From Candidatus Latescibacterota bacterium (GTDB lineage Bacteria; Latescibacterota; UBA2968): a stretch of 64,000 bases of DNA. Below, piece by piece: positions 53,322-63,369 of the stretch (position 1 is its first letter; every line of letters begins with the position of its first letter). Location of the stretch: the NCBI GenBank assembly GCA_965207885.1, contig OZ242311.1, forward strand, positions 3,648,001 through 3,712,000, read 5' to 3'. The notes under the pieces are model-generated. The model did no database searches and had not been told where the DNA came from. It worked only from the letters and a program-made list of their open reading frames with translations. The position numbers and the translations under genes are program-made.

Positions 53322-54241
53322 TCGGCTACCTCCTGTATCACAGAAGGTGTAATCAGAATGCTCACAATGTCGCGCACGCCATCCATCGCCTCGTGCGCCA
53401 TGTAATCACGCGGTGCAAATTTGGCAAACTTGACCCGATCTGCTTCATTCAAAAAATCTTCTATAGCCATCACCAATTGATCGTCAAATGCTTGGGCGCG
53501 CAAATCCCGCCCAATCTCAAACGTCGTGCGCTCCACTGCATGTACGGGGGTTTTGGCTTCCAAACACCGTCTCAAAACAGCCGACAATAAAGAATAATAC
53601 TGCCGGTAATTTTCCCGCTCTATCAGCCCCAACTGCCCCACCCTGTCCAATTCCTCTAACCAGTTGATAGGCGGCGGTGGCAACTCGACTTCCGGGCGAT
53701 GCCTGCGTCGATAAATATACCAGACCAATCCTGCAAGCAATAGAATCAACCCACCAACCGCCAGCCAAAACCACGCGGGGATCTGTGCTACAATAACCCA
53801 GGGAGGCTTCACATCGCGAATATCCGTTGTGCCTTCTGGCCTGACACTCTGCACCAGCACATCAATGGGTTGCGACGTGATCTTTCCAGAATCGCCCTCT
53901 GCATTGACAAAATGCACGGAAACAGGTGGCACGCGGAACGCGCCCACCTGATAAATCGCCAGCACGAGGTCTTGCGTTTCCCGCACCCGTCCATTTTCGA
54001 GTTGCTCTGTTTCAACCCCGCCCGTGTGCCGGATTTCAAATGGCTGGGGAAAAATTTTTCCATAAGCAATTTCCGCCTTATCATCAGCCCCGCGATGGAC
54101 GCGCAGACGCAAAACAAAAGGGTCGCCAATTGTAATGGTATCGCGGTCAACCCCCGTCAAAAATTCTACCGCTGCATCGGTCGGAACTGTATGTGTCCCG
54201 AACCAAACTATGACAAAAAAGAAAAAATAAATTTTACGCAT
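53318..54241 (-). CDS. Bat-operon-associated single-TM protein (BatD-like N-terminus)
   Basis: Signal peptide, DRDTITIGD, DIRDVKP + TM helix, ERTTFE, ADRVKFAK, as typical of the gene preceding batA. Confidence 0.75.
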   Translation of the reverse strand: MRKIYFFFFVIVWFGTHTVPTDAAVEFLTGVDRDTITIGDPFVLRLRVHRGADDKAEIAYGKIFPQPFEIRHTGGVETEQLENGRVRETQDLVLAIYQVGAFRVPPVSVHFVNAEGDSGKITSQPIDVLVQSVRPEGTTDIRDVKPPWVIVAQIPAWFWLAVGGLILLLAGLVWYIYRRRHRPEVELPPPPINWLEELDRVGQLGLIERENYRQYYSLLSAVLRRCLEAKTPVHAVERTTFEIGRDLRAQAFDDQLVMAIEDFLNEADRVKFAKFAPRDYMAHEAMDGVRDIVSILITPSVIQEVAE

Positions 54242-54243
54242 GA

Positions 54244-54286
54244 CGAATCTGCGAATCTGCGAATCTGCGAATCTACGAATCTGCGA
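54244..54286. repeat. Octamer tandem repeat (CGAATCTG) x5.4
   Basis: CGAATCTG CGAATCTG CGAATCTG CGAATCTA CGAATCTG CGA. Confidence 0.95.
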
Positions 54287-54334
54287 CGGAGTTTGTAACA
54301 ACTTTGGGAGGTTGGGAGGAGTTCGTCTATTCGT

Positions 54335-55675
54335 CTATTCGTCCAGTTGCAACCACGACATCACCGAATACGGCAACACAACCACCTCACGGCGCGTTTT
54401 GGCAGTGCCATACCAAAAATTGTTGGCATGCCCGATGATCAGCTCTTGCACCAGTGTTTCGCTCCGCCACAGAGAAACAGTCAACACGGGATCATCCAAA
54501 CTATCTGCGGCAGACTTATCCACTCGATCGGGAAACTCGGCAACGACCAGATTGTGAACGCGATCGATCAAATCTTCAACGTCGGCGTCCCCTTTGACAA
54601 CGCGCCCATCCCCCATCACCATCTGCCACGAGCCATCGTCATTCTTTGCGCAATTCACCACGCTGTCTCGATATGCCAACCGCACGCGATCAACACCTGT
54701 GCGATCAAACTCAAAAACGCGCTTGTAACGCAACTGGTTCAATGGAATGTCCAGAGATTCTGCGATCAATTGTTCGACGATAAACACCTGTGGCCGACTC
54801 ATTACACGCCCATACCACAGTTTCTGCCGACTATCGGGAACGCGCTTGCCCAACAACAGTGTATTGGACATTTCATTGTCTTTTACATGCAACTCGACTT
54901 TGTAATCCGGATCGTCGAACCCGTAAATTGTGGGATCATCCACCGCCTCTTTGTGAAAAGATGCAACGCGCTCATCTTTCAACTGTCCCAACAATGTCAA
55001 AATCTCGCGCGCATCAGCTCGCTCTTTTATCGGCTGAACGAGATGCCACTCCAACCCATCCCGCACGACCTCATAGACGCCTCCAGGCGTTTGGAAATAC
55101 GCTCGCGAGACCAGATCGGGATCAAAGGAAAACGCCCGCGTATCGCGCAATGCCATCAGCGGACGATTAAACCGCGCGCGATATTGTTTTTTTGTCAACA
55201 CGACCTTGTTTCCGCCCGACCATGTAAAATAGCACCCCAGCTTGGAGGGAATATCATTGCCAAAAAACAACCACATGGGATCGCCCGATACCGGTTCAAA
55301 TCGCACCTCAACCACGGGCGGATCCAGCCCAAAATCGGCGAGAACAACCCCTGCGTAATCGCCTTCATCAACCACAACCCGACCGCGTTCAACAATCTGT
55401 GCGATCTCAATCATACCCTCAAACTCTATCCAATCTGCAGGCACTTCCAGCGGCGCAATTAGCGCCCACTCATTGCCGCGCTTCTCAGCGACAAAGTGCC
55501 CGTATTCATTGGTCAATGTCAACCGCGCAACGCGATGCCGCTGAACTTCAATAAACGCATTTTTCGCCTCACTCTCGCGTTGTTCCTCTGCCATGCGAGG
55601 ACGTTCATATAAAAAGACAAACCCCACCAGACCCAAAAGCAAAACCGCCAAAATCGCTGTCGCCTTAATACCCAC
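54335..55675 (-). CDS. DUF4340-domain protein
   Basis: N-terminal anchor; repeated W.L..P....AD, FGLD.P and LRD/LRY units; follows a GldG-like gene. Confidence 0.75.
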   Translation of the reverse strand: MGIKATAILAVLLLGLVGFVFLYERPRMAEEQRESEAKNAFIEVQRHRVARLTLTNEYGHFVAEKRGNEWALIAPLEVPADWIEFEGMIEIAQIVERGRVVVDEGDYAGVVLADFGLDPPVVEVRFEPVSGDPMWLFFGNDIPSKLGCYFTWSGGNKVVLTKKQYRARFNRPLMALRDTRAFSFDPDLVSRAYFQTPGGVYEVVRDGLEWHLVQPIKERADAREILTLLGQLKDERVASFHKEAVDDPTIYGFDDPDYKVELHVKDNEMSNTLLLGKRVPDSRQKLWYGRVMSRPQVFIVEQLIAESLDIPLNQLRYKRVFEFDRTGVDRVRLAYRDSVVNCAKNDDGSWQMVMGDGRVVKGDADVEDLIDRVHNLVVAEFPDRVDKSAADSLDDPVLTVSLWRSETLVQELIIGHANNFWYGTAKTRREVVVLPYSVMSWLQLDE

Positions 55676-55711
55676 AATTTTTTCCTCAGTAGCCAGTTAC
55701 CAGTACACTTT

Positions 55712-57100
55712 TCAACGCCTGCGCCACCAGACCAGCACCCCCGCGACAATCGGGACGCCTGGCAACACCAGCCAATACACCCACCGAATCCAAAATTCAT
55801 CGCCCGGATTCAATGTCAGCGGGCGAAAAAGCGTGCTTTTGGGCCGAATCGTAATTTTATCGCGCGCCCTGAGCAACCAATTCGCTGCATTCATAAACAA
55901 ATCGCCATTGCCCGCCACTTCCACAAAGCGATTGCTCGCAAAATCCGAATCGCCAAATACCACAATCCGCGCCCGCGCGCCACGCCGATCATCCCCCGCT
56001 TTTGCAGCAATAGTGGTCGGGCCTTCCACGACCATCGCGAGCCACAACGGCCCCGGTCGGTCAGCCCCCGATGTGTATTGCACCGCTTCTTTGTCTTTAG
56101 CGGAAACAGCATCCAAATTGGTCTCACTCCAACTGTTCGGCGAAGACAGCACCAGCGAAGAAACATCAGCACCAGGCAAAGATCCCACGCGTTCCATCGA
56201 GCGCGTCAGCGGATAAAACGTCTGCAATCCCGAATGCTTATCCGTAATGGGATGTTTGCTATAATGTGTCGTCACGGGAACCGAAAAATCAGCCCCCGGC
56301 AGCACCTGGCTTTTATCGACCACAAAATCATTTCGCAGACCAATAGACCACTTTCGCAACAGCGGCACAAGCCCCGTATCGATGAGAGGATCCAACAAAA
56401 AGAACGCCGCCCCACCCTGATTGAGATACGTCGCTACAATATCGATCTCTGCTGGCAAAAACGGACGTTTTGGCCCCGCGACAATCAGCGCGTCACAATC
56501 TTTTGGCACGCGCTGTGATTGCGCCAGCACCAGGGATGGACGTACATCGTGGTTGCCTTCGATGAGCAACTGCTTGATCCTGGAAAATCCCTGCTCCGAT
56601 TGATCGTCGGGATGCGCCTCACCGTGCCCCCCCACAAAATAGACCACCTGCCGCTCTTCACTCATCAAACGCGCAATGCCGTTGGTCAGCACCTTTTCAG
56701 ACGTTTCCCGAATCCGCTCTTCCCGATTGCCGTATTCGATCACCGAAACACCATACCGCGTCACAGTATATCGCCTGGCCTCAATCGGTTCTCGATCGGG
56801 ATCGACAAACCGGTACGCAAAACGTCTCGAATGATAGGCGTACTGTTTGAGCAAATGCTCGTAATCGCGCTGCTCTGCCTCTCGGAAAAACGCCACAACA
56901 TTGACATCCTCAGACAAATTTTCCAAAAGAGAAATCGTTTGGGGCGATAGCGTATAAAGACCGCGAGCCGTCAGGTCAAAGCGCGCGTGATACCGCGTGG
57001 TCAAAAAATTAACCACCGCCAGAATTCCCACCGTGATCAACACTGCCACAAGGGCATTAGACCCGTATTTCAATAGTCGATGTGATAAAAATTTGGGCAT
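55712..57100 (-). CDS. GldG-like ABC-type uncharacterized transport auxiliary protein
   Basis: RFDLT....TLSPQT, FVDPD, YFVGGHGE, LIVAGP, VVFGDSDF, N.DLFMNAANWL, C-terminal TM + WWRRR. Confidence 0.85.
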   Translation of the reverse strand: MPKFLSHRLLKYGSNALVAVLITVGILAVVNFLTTRYHARFDLTARGLYTLSPQTISLLENLSEDVNVVAFFREAEQRDYEHLLKQYAYHSRRFAYRFVDPDREPIEARRYTVTRYGVSVIEYGNREERIRETSEKVLTNGIARLMSEERQVVYFVGGHGEAHPDDQSEQGFSRIKQLLIEGNHDVRPSLVLAQSQRVPKDCDALIVAGPKRPFLPAEIDIVATYLNQGGAAFFLLDPLIDTGLVPLLRKWSIGLRNDFVVDKSQVLPGADFSVPVTTHYSKHPITDKHSGLQTFYPLTRSMERVGSLPGADVSSLVLSSPNSWSETNLDAVSAKDKEAVQYTSGADRPGPLWLAMVVEGPTTIAAKAGDDRRGARARIVVFGDSDFASNRFVEVAGNGDLFMNAANWLLRARDKITIRPKSTLFRPLTLNPGDEFWIRWVYWLVLPGVPIVAGVLVWWRRR

Positions 57101-57110
57101 AAATCTATCT

Positions 57111-58232
57111 CTATTTCTCACCCGAGTAATGGCGCACGGCATCCCAATCGAGTTCTATACCGAGACCCGGCGCAGTGGGAATAGTGAGCAATCCGTCTTC
57201 ATCGAGTGAAAACGGCGTAGTGACAATATCTTCGATATAAGGCGATGGGGTAATATATTCGACCCAGCGCGCAATGGGATGTGCGGCAGACAGATGGAGA
57301 TCTGCGAGGAGGCCAATAGCGGTGTTCCAGCCGTGTGTGACGACCAGAACATTGTGGTCATACGCATACCATATCAGGCGTCGCACTTCAGAAATACCCC
57401 CCACTTTCGTGACATCGGGCTGAATGATATCATACGCGCCACGTTCAATCCACGGCATGAAACTCTGGCGGCGAGTAAAAACTTCTCCACCGGCAATGCG
57501 GACAGGTGAAAATTCTCGCAATTTGATGTGGCCTTCAATATCGTCGGGCGGGAGGGCTTCTTCAAACCAGGTGATATCGTAATCGCCGAGCATGCGAGCG
57601 GTTTCAATCGCCCATTTGTAATTGTGAGGCCAAAAGGCATCGCTGCCGCCCGCATCGACCATGAGTTCCACATCGGGGCCACAGGTGTCTCGGGCGATTT
57701 TGACGAGGCGTTCATCCATATGGCGGTCAACGCGCCCAAAAGCACCCCAGCCGAGTTTGAGCGCCCTGAAACCGCGGTCGAGCGCGTCTTGCAAAGTATC
57801 GGAAAATGTTTCGGGATCTTCAAAGAGAATCGAGCCGTAGGGTTTTATTTTTTTGCGATAATATCCTCCGAGCAAACGCCCAACGGGCTGCCCAGCCACT
57901 TTGCCCAAAATATCCCATAGCGCGATATCAACACCGCTAATCGCATGTGTAACAGCACCTCCCCGTCCCTGCCAGAAGGTCATCTGGTGAAGTTTTTCAG
58001 ATACGCGCTCGGGTTCCAGCGCGTTCTCCCCAATGATATTGGGGCGCAACAACCCCATCGCCCCATCGACCAGGGCTTTGCTGGTAAAAACACTTCCAAT
58101 GCCGCTCACACCTTCATCCGTCTGAACCTCGACCAGCGTGTGCATATTTTCATCCGGTCCTGGCTCGACTGTCCAGCCCGTCATAGGCGTTTCTCCAAAA
58201 AGCGGAATCGTGCGAACATCGGTGATATTCAT
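57111..58232 (-). CDS. Mandelate racemase/muconate lactonizing (enolase superfamily) enzyme, probable acid-sugar dehydratase
   Basis: AISGVDIALWDILGK, LMVDAG, WFEE, AGGE, IIQPD. Confidence 0.85.
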   Translation of the reverse strand: MNITDVRTIPLFGETPMTGWTVEPGPDENMHTLVEVQTDEGVSGIGSVFTSKALVDGAMGLLRPNIIGENALEPERVSEKLHQMTFWQGRGGAVTHAISGVDIALWDILGKVAGQPVGRLLGGYYRKKIKPYGSILFEDPETFSDTLQDALDRGFRALKLGWGAFGRVDRHMDERLVKIARDTCGPDVELMVDAGGSDAFWPHNYKWAIETARMLGDYDITWFEEALPPDDIEGHIKLREFSPVRIAGGEVFTRRQSFMPWIERGAYDIIQPDVTKVGGISEVRRLIWYAYDHNVLVVTHGWNTAIGLLADLHLSAAHPIARWVEYITPSPYIEDIVTTPFSLDEDGLLTIPTAPGLGIELDWDAVRHYSGEK

Positions 58233-59419
58233 CCGTACTCCTTCAAGTATTCGGCTACTGCGCGTGCGACAATACATTCTTCGTCAGTCTGGACAATCAA
58301 AACCGCAACCTCGCTATTAGATGTCGAGATCAGCCCGTCTGCGGGAGGATTGGCATTTGCGACCTCGTCGAGGTGAACGCCCAGGTATTCGAGACCCGTG
58401 CAGACGCGCCAGCGCACATTTGCCCCGCGTTCTCCAATGCCCCCGGCAAAAGCAATCGCATCCAGACCGCCCAGTGCGGCAGAGCAAGCGCCGATTTCTC
58501 TTTTGATCCCATAACAAAATGCCTCCAGAGCAAGGCGTGCGCGCGCTTGCCCCTTTTGAGCGGCTTCTTCGAGATCGCGCACATCGCCGCTAATACCCGA
58601 AATGCCGAGCAAACCACTTTCCTCTGACAGAATGCGGCTCATCTCGCTTGTCGATAAATTTTCTCGGTCCATTATATAGGGAATAATGAAGGGATCAATA
58701 GTTCCAATACGCGTGCTATTAATGATGCCTGTTTGGGGCGAGAAGCCCATTGAGGTATCTATAGATTGACCGTTGCGAACCGCGCACAAAGAGGCACTCC
58801 CGCCGAGATGGCAGGATACCATGCGGAGATCCTCGCGGTTGAGTATTTGCGCCGTGCGTTGCGAAACGTAGCGATGGGACGCGCCGTGGAAGCCGTATTT
58901 GCGAACCCCGTATTTTTCATACCAGTCGTAGGGGACGCTGTAGATATAGGCATAATCGGGTATGTTGACGTGGAAGGCAGCTTCAAAAAGTCCAATCAGG
59001 GGCAGGTTGGGAGCACATTGCTCGAAAATGCGAATCGCCTGGATATAGGGCGGGTTATGGGCAGGCGCGAGGCTATTGTAGTCCGCCATGCGCTGCAAAA
59101 CATCTTCAGTGAGAAGATAAGTACCCGCTTTCCCGCGCATGTGAACGGTTTTGAATCCAACGGCATCAAGGTCAGACAAATCGGAGAGTACACCGGTGCG
59201 CGCATCTGTCAGACGCGCAATAACATCGCGGACAGCGGATGGATAATCCAGCAAGTGTTGTTCGGTTTCAACAGCGTATTCGCCAATCTGATGGGCAACG
59301 GGTGAAGACGGATCGCCGATGCGTTCGAGACGACCTTCGGCGAGCACCGCTTCATCGGTCATGTCAAACAGGCGATATTTGAATGAAGTAGAGCCTGCGT
59401 TTGCAATGAGGATTTTCAT
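58229..59419 (-). CDS. ackA: Acetate/propionate kinase family protein (BMC-associated type)
   Basis: NAGSTSFK, LAPAHNP, RKYGFHGASH, HLGGSAS, SGLLGISG, GGIGE, TDEE. Confidence 0.9.
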   Translation of the reverse strand: MKILIANAGSTSFKYRLFDMTDEAVLAEGRLERIGDPSSPVAHQIGEYAVETEQHLLDYPSAVRDVIARLTDARTGVLSDLSDLDAVGFKTVHMRGKAGTYLLTEDVLQRMADYNSLAPAHNPPYIQAIRIFEQCAPNLPLIGLFEAAFHVNIPDYAYIYSVPYDWYEKYGVRKYGFHGASHRYVSQRTAQILNREDLRMVSCHLGGSASLCAVRNGQSIDTSMGFSPQTGIINSTRIGTIDPFIIPYIMDRENLSTSEMSRILSEESGLLGISGISGDVRDLEEAAQKGQARARLALEAFCYGIKREIGACSAALGGLDAIAFAGGIGERGANVRWRVCTGLEYLGVHLDEVANANPPADGLISTSNSEVAVLIVQTDEECIVARAVAEYLKEYG

Positions 59420-60639
59420 GGTGTGACTGTTTCAAGCCTCTGCAGGGGTTTATCGGCAATGGGCAAATGAACGAGCGATGAAGTCACAGCCAAGAGAATC
59501 GCGGCAATCCAAATCATATCGTAAGACCCCGTTGCATCATACACGCGCCCGGCCAGCCACACGCCCAAAAAACTGCCGATCTGATGACTGAAAAAAACAA
59601 TGCCATACAGCGTGGAAAGATAGCGCGAACCAAATATCTGCGCGACAGTGCCACTGGTTAGCGGAACGGTTGCAAGCCATAAGAACCCGATTGCGCTGCC
59701 AAACACAAGCGCAGACGTATTTGTAACGGGTATGAACAGGAATCCGCTAATGACAATGGCGCGACCAAAATAAAGCAAACTCAAGAGATATTTTTTTCGA
59801 TATCGGTCGCCGAGTTGCCCCGAAAGATAAGATCCAAAAATGTTAAAAAGGCCTATCAGGGATAACGCCGTTGCACCGACCATCTTTGAAAGACCGTGAT
59901 CAGTCAGAAAAGAGGGCAGATGCGTGGCGATAAATGCCACGTGAAAACCGCACACAAAAAATCCCGCATTGAGCAACCAGTATCCCGAATGACCTCGCGC
60001 TTGAAGCAGTGCTTGAAGCAGACTGCCATCATGGGATTCAACGGTATTTGGAGACACCTCGCGCCCGCGATGTGGAATCCCAATAGCGAGCAAGGCACTC
60101 GCGCCCGCGATCAGGGCAATAAAAGCGAATGAAGATTGCCAGCCCAAATCAGAAAGAAGCCATTGAACACCCGGCACAATTGCAAACGTCCCGAAAGAAC
60201 CCGCAGCAGTAATAAGCCCAAAAAACGAGGCGCGTTTTTCAGGTGCAACAACCTGAGCGACCGCACCGAGGACCACCACATAGGAAATGCTGCTGAGTGC
60301 GATGCCCATAAGTACGCCGAGCACGGTGTACAGACCAAGAGGCGTACCGACAGAAGACAAAAGAAAAAAACAGACTGCATAGAGCAACGCGCCGACAGCA
60401 ACAACCCATCGCGGCCCAAAATGATCTGCTAAAATGCCCACTACGGGCAAACCAAAAATGAGATTTTGCCAGGCAATGGCCAGGCTAAAGACTTCGCGTC
60501 CAATGCCGAGATCCTGGCTGATCGGTGATAAAAAAAGGCCAAAGGATTGGCGAATGCCCATGCTGACAAACACAATCAGGGCACTACAAAATATGACAAT
60601 AGCCGCTTTGCGATTGGGCACTTTCCGATCCCACCTCAT
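59416..60639 (-). CDS. MFS transporter
   Basis: About 12 TM helices; GILADHFGPR and GQLGDRY motif-A-like loops. Confidence 0.9.
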   Translation of the reverse strand: MRWDRKVPNRKAAIVIFCSALIVFVSMGIRQSFGLFLSPISQDLGIGREVFSLAIAWQNLIFGLPVVGILADHFGPRWVVAVGALLYAVCFFLLSSVGTPLGLYTVLGVLMGIALSSISYVVVLGAVAQVVAPEKRASFFGLITAAGSFGTFAIVPGVQWLLSDLGWQSSFAFIALIAGASALLAIGIPHRGREVSPNTVESHDGSLLQALLQARGHSGYWLLNAGFFVCGFHVAFIATHLPSFLTDHGLSKMVGATALSLIGLFNIFGSYLSGQLGDRYRKKYLLSLLYFGRAIVISGFLFIPVTNTSALVFGSAIGFLWLATVPLTSGTVAQIFGSRYLSTLYGIVFFSHQIGSFLGVWLAGRVYDATGSYDMIWIAAILLAVTSSLVHLPIADKPLQRLETVTP

Positions 60640-61928
60640 CCTTGAACTACTGTCCCATATTCATTGGGAATTGGTCCGTCGTATTCCCAGGTTTCCCAGG
60701 GCGTATCTCGGTGCGATTCCCGAACAATGGTTCGAATTTCTGAAACAATATCTGGATATTCAGTTGCGAGATCATTTTGTTCGCCGATATCCGCTGCCAA
60801 ATCGTAGAGTTCAACAATACCTTCGGGATTTGTATGACCCTCGGGTAAATACGCCTTCCAATCGCCCATGCGAACAGCACTAACCCCGCGCCGCTCCCAG
60901 TAGAGAAATTCGTGAGCTTGTTGGGTATCGCGGTCCAGGAGCGCAGGCAACATAGAAATGCCATCAACCGGTTCCGGGATGGACGTATCAGCCAATTCGC
61001 AGAACGTGGGCAACATATCCTGAAAACCCGAATAATGTGCGCTCACAGTACCGGGTTGAATCGTTCCCGGCCACCGGGCGACAAAGGGCACGCGGATACC
61101 ACCTTCATAGAGGCTCCCCTTTTTTGCGCGAAGTGGTCCAGCAGCGTTGAAATGTCCAAGCGTATTGCCACTGCCGTGGGGACCGTTGTCGCTCGTGAAG
61201 ATAACAAGCGTATTTTCGGCAATTCCGAGCGCGTCAAGCATATCCAAAAGCGTGCCAATATCGCGGTCCATGCGCGTAATCATAGCAGCCTGCGTTTTCT
61301 GATTTTCTGTCCAGGGCTTGTCTTTGTAAATATCGAGAGATGGAATTTCGAATCTGGTGTGTGGAATCGTATAGGCCAAATAAAGGAAAAAGGGATTGGA
61401 TTGCTGCTCACGCACAAATTGCAAAGCCTCAGCTGTGAGCAGATCGTGTGAATACGATTTGCCGTAGAGCATAATCTTCTGATCGTTGCGCCAGAGGTGC
61501 TGAGGATAATACGTGTGGGCTTCGCGCTGGCAATTATACCCAAAAAAGTGATCAAACCCCTGATTGTTGGGATCGCCTTCCGATCCCGGATACCCCAATC
61601 CCCATTTGCCAATACAAGCAGTGGCATAACCGCCCTTTTTGAGCAATTTGGCAACCGTCTGTGTCTCCCCGGGAATGGGCACATTGCCCTCAATGGACAA
61701 AGCGCGATTGTCCCGCACATAACAATGCCCCGTATGCAGACCCGTCATAAGCACACACCGCGAAGGCGCGCACACCGAAGACCCGGCATAGTGATCCGTA
61801 AACCGAATACCCTCTGCTGCGATGCGGTCAATATTGGGCGTATAAATAAACTCCTGTCCAAAACAACCCAGATCGCCATAGCCGAGATCGTCCGAGAGGA
61901 TGTATATAATATTGGGCATTGCTTTCAT
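60636..61928 (-). CDS. Arylsulfatase-family (Cys-type) sulfatase, no evident signal peptide
   Basis: PNIIYILSDDLGYGD, CAPSR (CxPxR), GKWGLG, SDNG, KGSLYEGGIRVP. Confidence 0.92.
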   Translation of the reverse strand: MKAMPNIIYILSDDLGYGDLGCFGQEFIYTPNIDRIAAEGIRFTDHYAGSSVCAPSRCVLMTGLHTGHCYVRDNRALSIEGNVPIPGETQTVAKLLKKGGYATACIGKWGLGYPGSEGDPNNQGFDHFFGYNCQREAHTYYPQHLWRNDQKIMLYGKSYSHDLLTAEALQFVREQQSNPFFLYLAYTIPHTRFEIPSLDIYKDKPWTENQKTQAAMITRMDRDIGTLLDMLDALGIAENTLVIFTSDNGPHGSGNTLGHFNAAGPLRAKKGSLYEGGIRVPFVARWPGTIQPGTVSAHYSGFQDMLPTFCELADTSIPEPVDGISMLPALLDRDTQQAHEFLYWERRGVSAVRMGDWKAYLPEGHTNPEGIVELYDLAADIGEQNDLATEYPDIVSEIRTIVRESHRDTPWETWEYDGPIPNEYGTVVQG

Positions 61929-62737
61929 TATTTTAACTCTTCCATAACTCTGCGAGTAATTTCCGCGATGAGATCGTCCTGGGAAGTTTGGGCAGGAGGT
62001 GTACCGCCAGCGCTCAACGTGCGAATCGTGGGAATGCCGCCATTGGTCTCAGGTTGCGTTGTGGGTGCATCGGGGATATCACACGCTGGATCGGGGCCGC
62101 GAAGGCCCATGCGGTTTCGAATCGCGACCAGTTTTTCCACCTGTTCCGCATTGAGTTCGTTATACCCGCCGAGTTGTTGTGCCACAAAAAGTATTTTCGC
62201 AAAATGCTCCAGCGTTTCCATCTTGTAATAGGAATTCATCACATCGGCACCGATCGTAGTCGCACCGTGATTTTCGAGCAAATAGGCGTCGTAATCTTTG
62301 ACGTATTGCCTGATCGGTTCAGATATCTCTGGTCCTCCCGGCGTACCGTATTCCACAATAGGTATAGCGCCGAGAGTGATAATCACCTCGGGCAAAACAC
62401 ACATAGTAAGGGGAACGCCAGCCACCGCAAAACCCGTAGCCGTTGGCGGATGCGCGTGTACCACAGCGCGCACATCGGGACGCTCGCGATAGAGAAAAAT
62501 GTGCATCCCAATTTCCGACGAAGGCCGCTTTTGCCCACTCACAAGCGTGCCATCCATGTCAGTAATACAGAGATCTTCGATCTTGAGAAATCCCTTGGAC
62601 ATCCCCGTTGGCGTAGTGAGAATGCGGTCTTCTTCAATCCGGCAGGAAATATTGCCATCGTTAGAAGCGACAAAGCCGCGTTCGTACACGCGACGTCCAG
62701 CTTCAACAATATCGAGTTTGGCTTGATGGAGATTCAT
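61928..62737 (-). CDS. Class II aldolase (FucA/RhaD-like) with C-terminal BMC encapsulation peptide
   Basis: NDGNIS, TPTG.SKG, SSE..MH, VVHAHP, LENHG; P/T-rich linker + DDLIAEITRRVMEELK; alternative start 62749. Confidence 0.88.
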   Translation of the reverse strand: MNLHQAKLDIVEAGRRVYERGFVASNDGNISCRIEEDRILTTPTGMSKGFLKIEDLCITDMDGTLVSGQKRPSSEIGMHIFLYRERPDVRAVVHAHPPTATGFAVAGVPLTMCVLPEVIITLGAIPIVEYGTPGGPEISEPIRQYVKDYDAYLLENHGATTIGADVMNSYYKMETLEHFAKILFVAQQLGGYNELNAEQVEKLVAIRNRMGLRGPDPACDIPDAPTTQPETNGGIPTIRTLSAGGTPPAQTSQDDLIAEITRRVMEELK

Positions 62738-62745
62738 TTTATATC

Positions 62746-63018
62746 TCACCCCTTCATATCAATATCATCTACAACGCCGACGATAACGGAACGCACCGCA
62801 GGCAATTCCACATTGAGGACGAGACCTGCCGCGACTCCTTGACGGATCACGAGGACAATTTCGCCGCGACCAACGCCTGTGGCGTCAACTGCCAGAGCCG
62901 ATGCGCCGTCATCTTTGCCATCGGGCGTAATGGGTTGCACGACCATGAGTTTGGCGCTGTTGTAATCGCTGTGTTTAATAGTCGATGTGACGCTACCGAG
63001 AACGCGGGCCAGGAACAT
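62746..63018 (-). CDS. BMC pentamer/vertex protein (EutN/CcmL family)
   Basis: MFLARVLGSVTSTIKH, AVDATGVGRGE, IVGVVD. Confidence 0.92.
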   Translation of the reverse strand: MFLARVLGSVTSTIKHSDYNSAKLMVVQPITPDGKDDGASALAVDATGVGRGEIVLVIRQGVAAGLVLNVELPAVRSVIVGVVDDIDMKG

Positions 63019-63044
63019 ATAGAATTTGGGATTCGGGGTTTAGT

Positions 63045-63065
63045 CTCCCCTTCTTCTGAGGGGAG
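63045..63065. repeat. Short intergenic palindrome between the two BMC-P genes
   Basis: CTCCCCT-tcttctg-AGGGGAG. Confidence 0.45.
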
Positions 63066-63082
63066 CCGGAGGGTAGGCTACC

Positions 63083-63346
63083 TCATGCATCGACCTGATC
63101 GACAATGCCAACAACTGCCGCATCAACCGGGCCGTATTTATCGGGCAGGGCGTTGGGCGCTTCTCGTGAACCGACCCAGTAGATGGTCTCGCCATCGCTG
63201 GCATTGACCACATCAATCGCGACAAAAGCATCCCCTGCTTTATTGTGCTCGTGATCAATCGGTTCAACGACAAGCAGTCTAAAACCTTTGAGCGAGGCAT
63301 CTTTGCGCGTCGCCCAAATTTTTCCAATGACGCGGCCGAGGAACAT
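63083..63346 (-). CDS. BMC pentamer/vertex protein (EutN/CcmL family)
   Basis: MFLGRVIGKIWATRKD, VAID, PVDAAVVGIVD. Confidence 0.92.
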   Translation of the reverse strand: MFLGRVIGKIWATRKDASLKGFRLLVVEPIDHEHNKAGDAFVAIDVVNASDGETIYWVGSREAPNALPDKYGPVDAAVVGIVDQVDA

Positions 63347-63369
63347 TTTTACCTCGCGAGATACGGGAC

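Noticed and set aside
54244-54345. CRISPR-like array
   Set aside because: 8-bp units with no spacers and no cas genes.
54347-55462. 371-aa plus-strand ORF (also 49206-50075, 61988-62842 and similar)
   Set aside because: Antisense shadows of well-supported minus-strand genes with no recognisable motifs.
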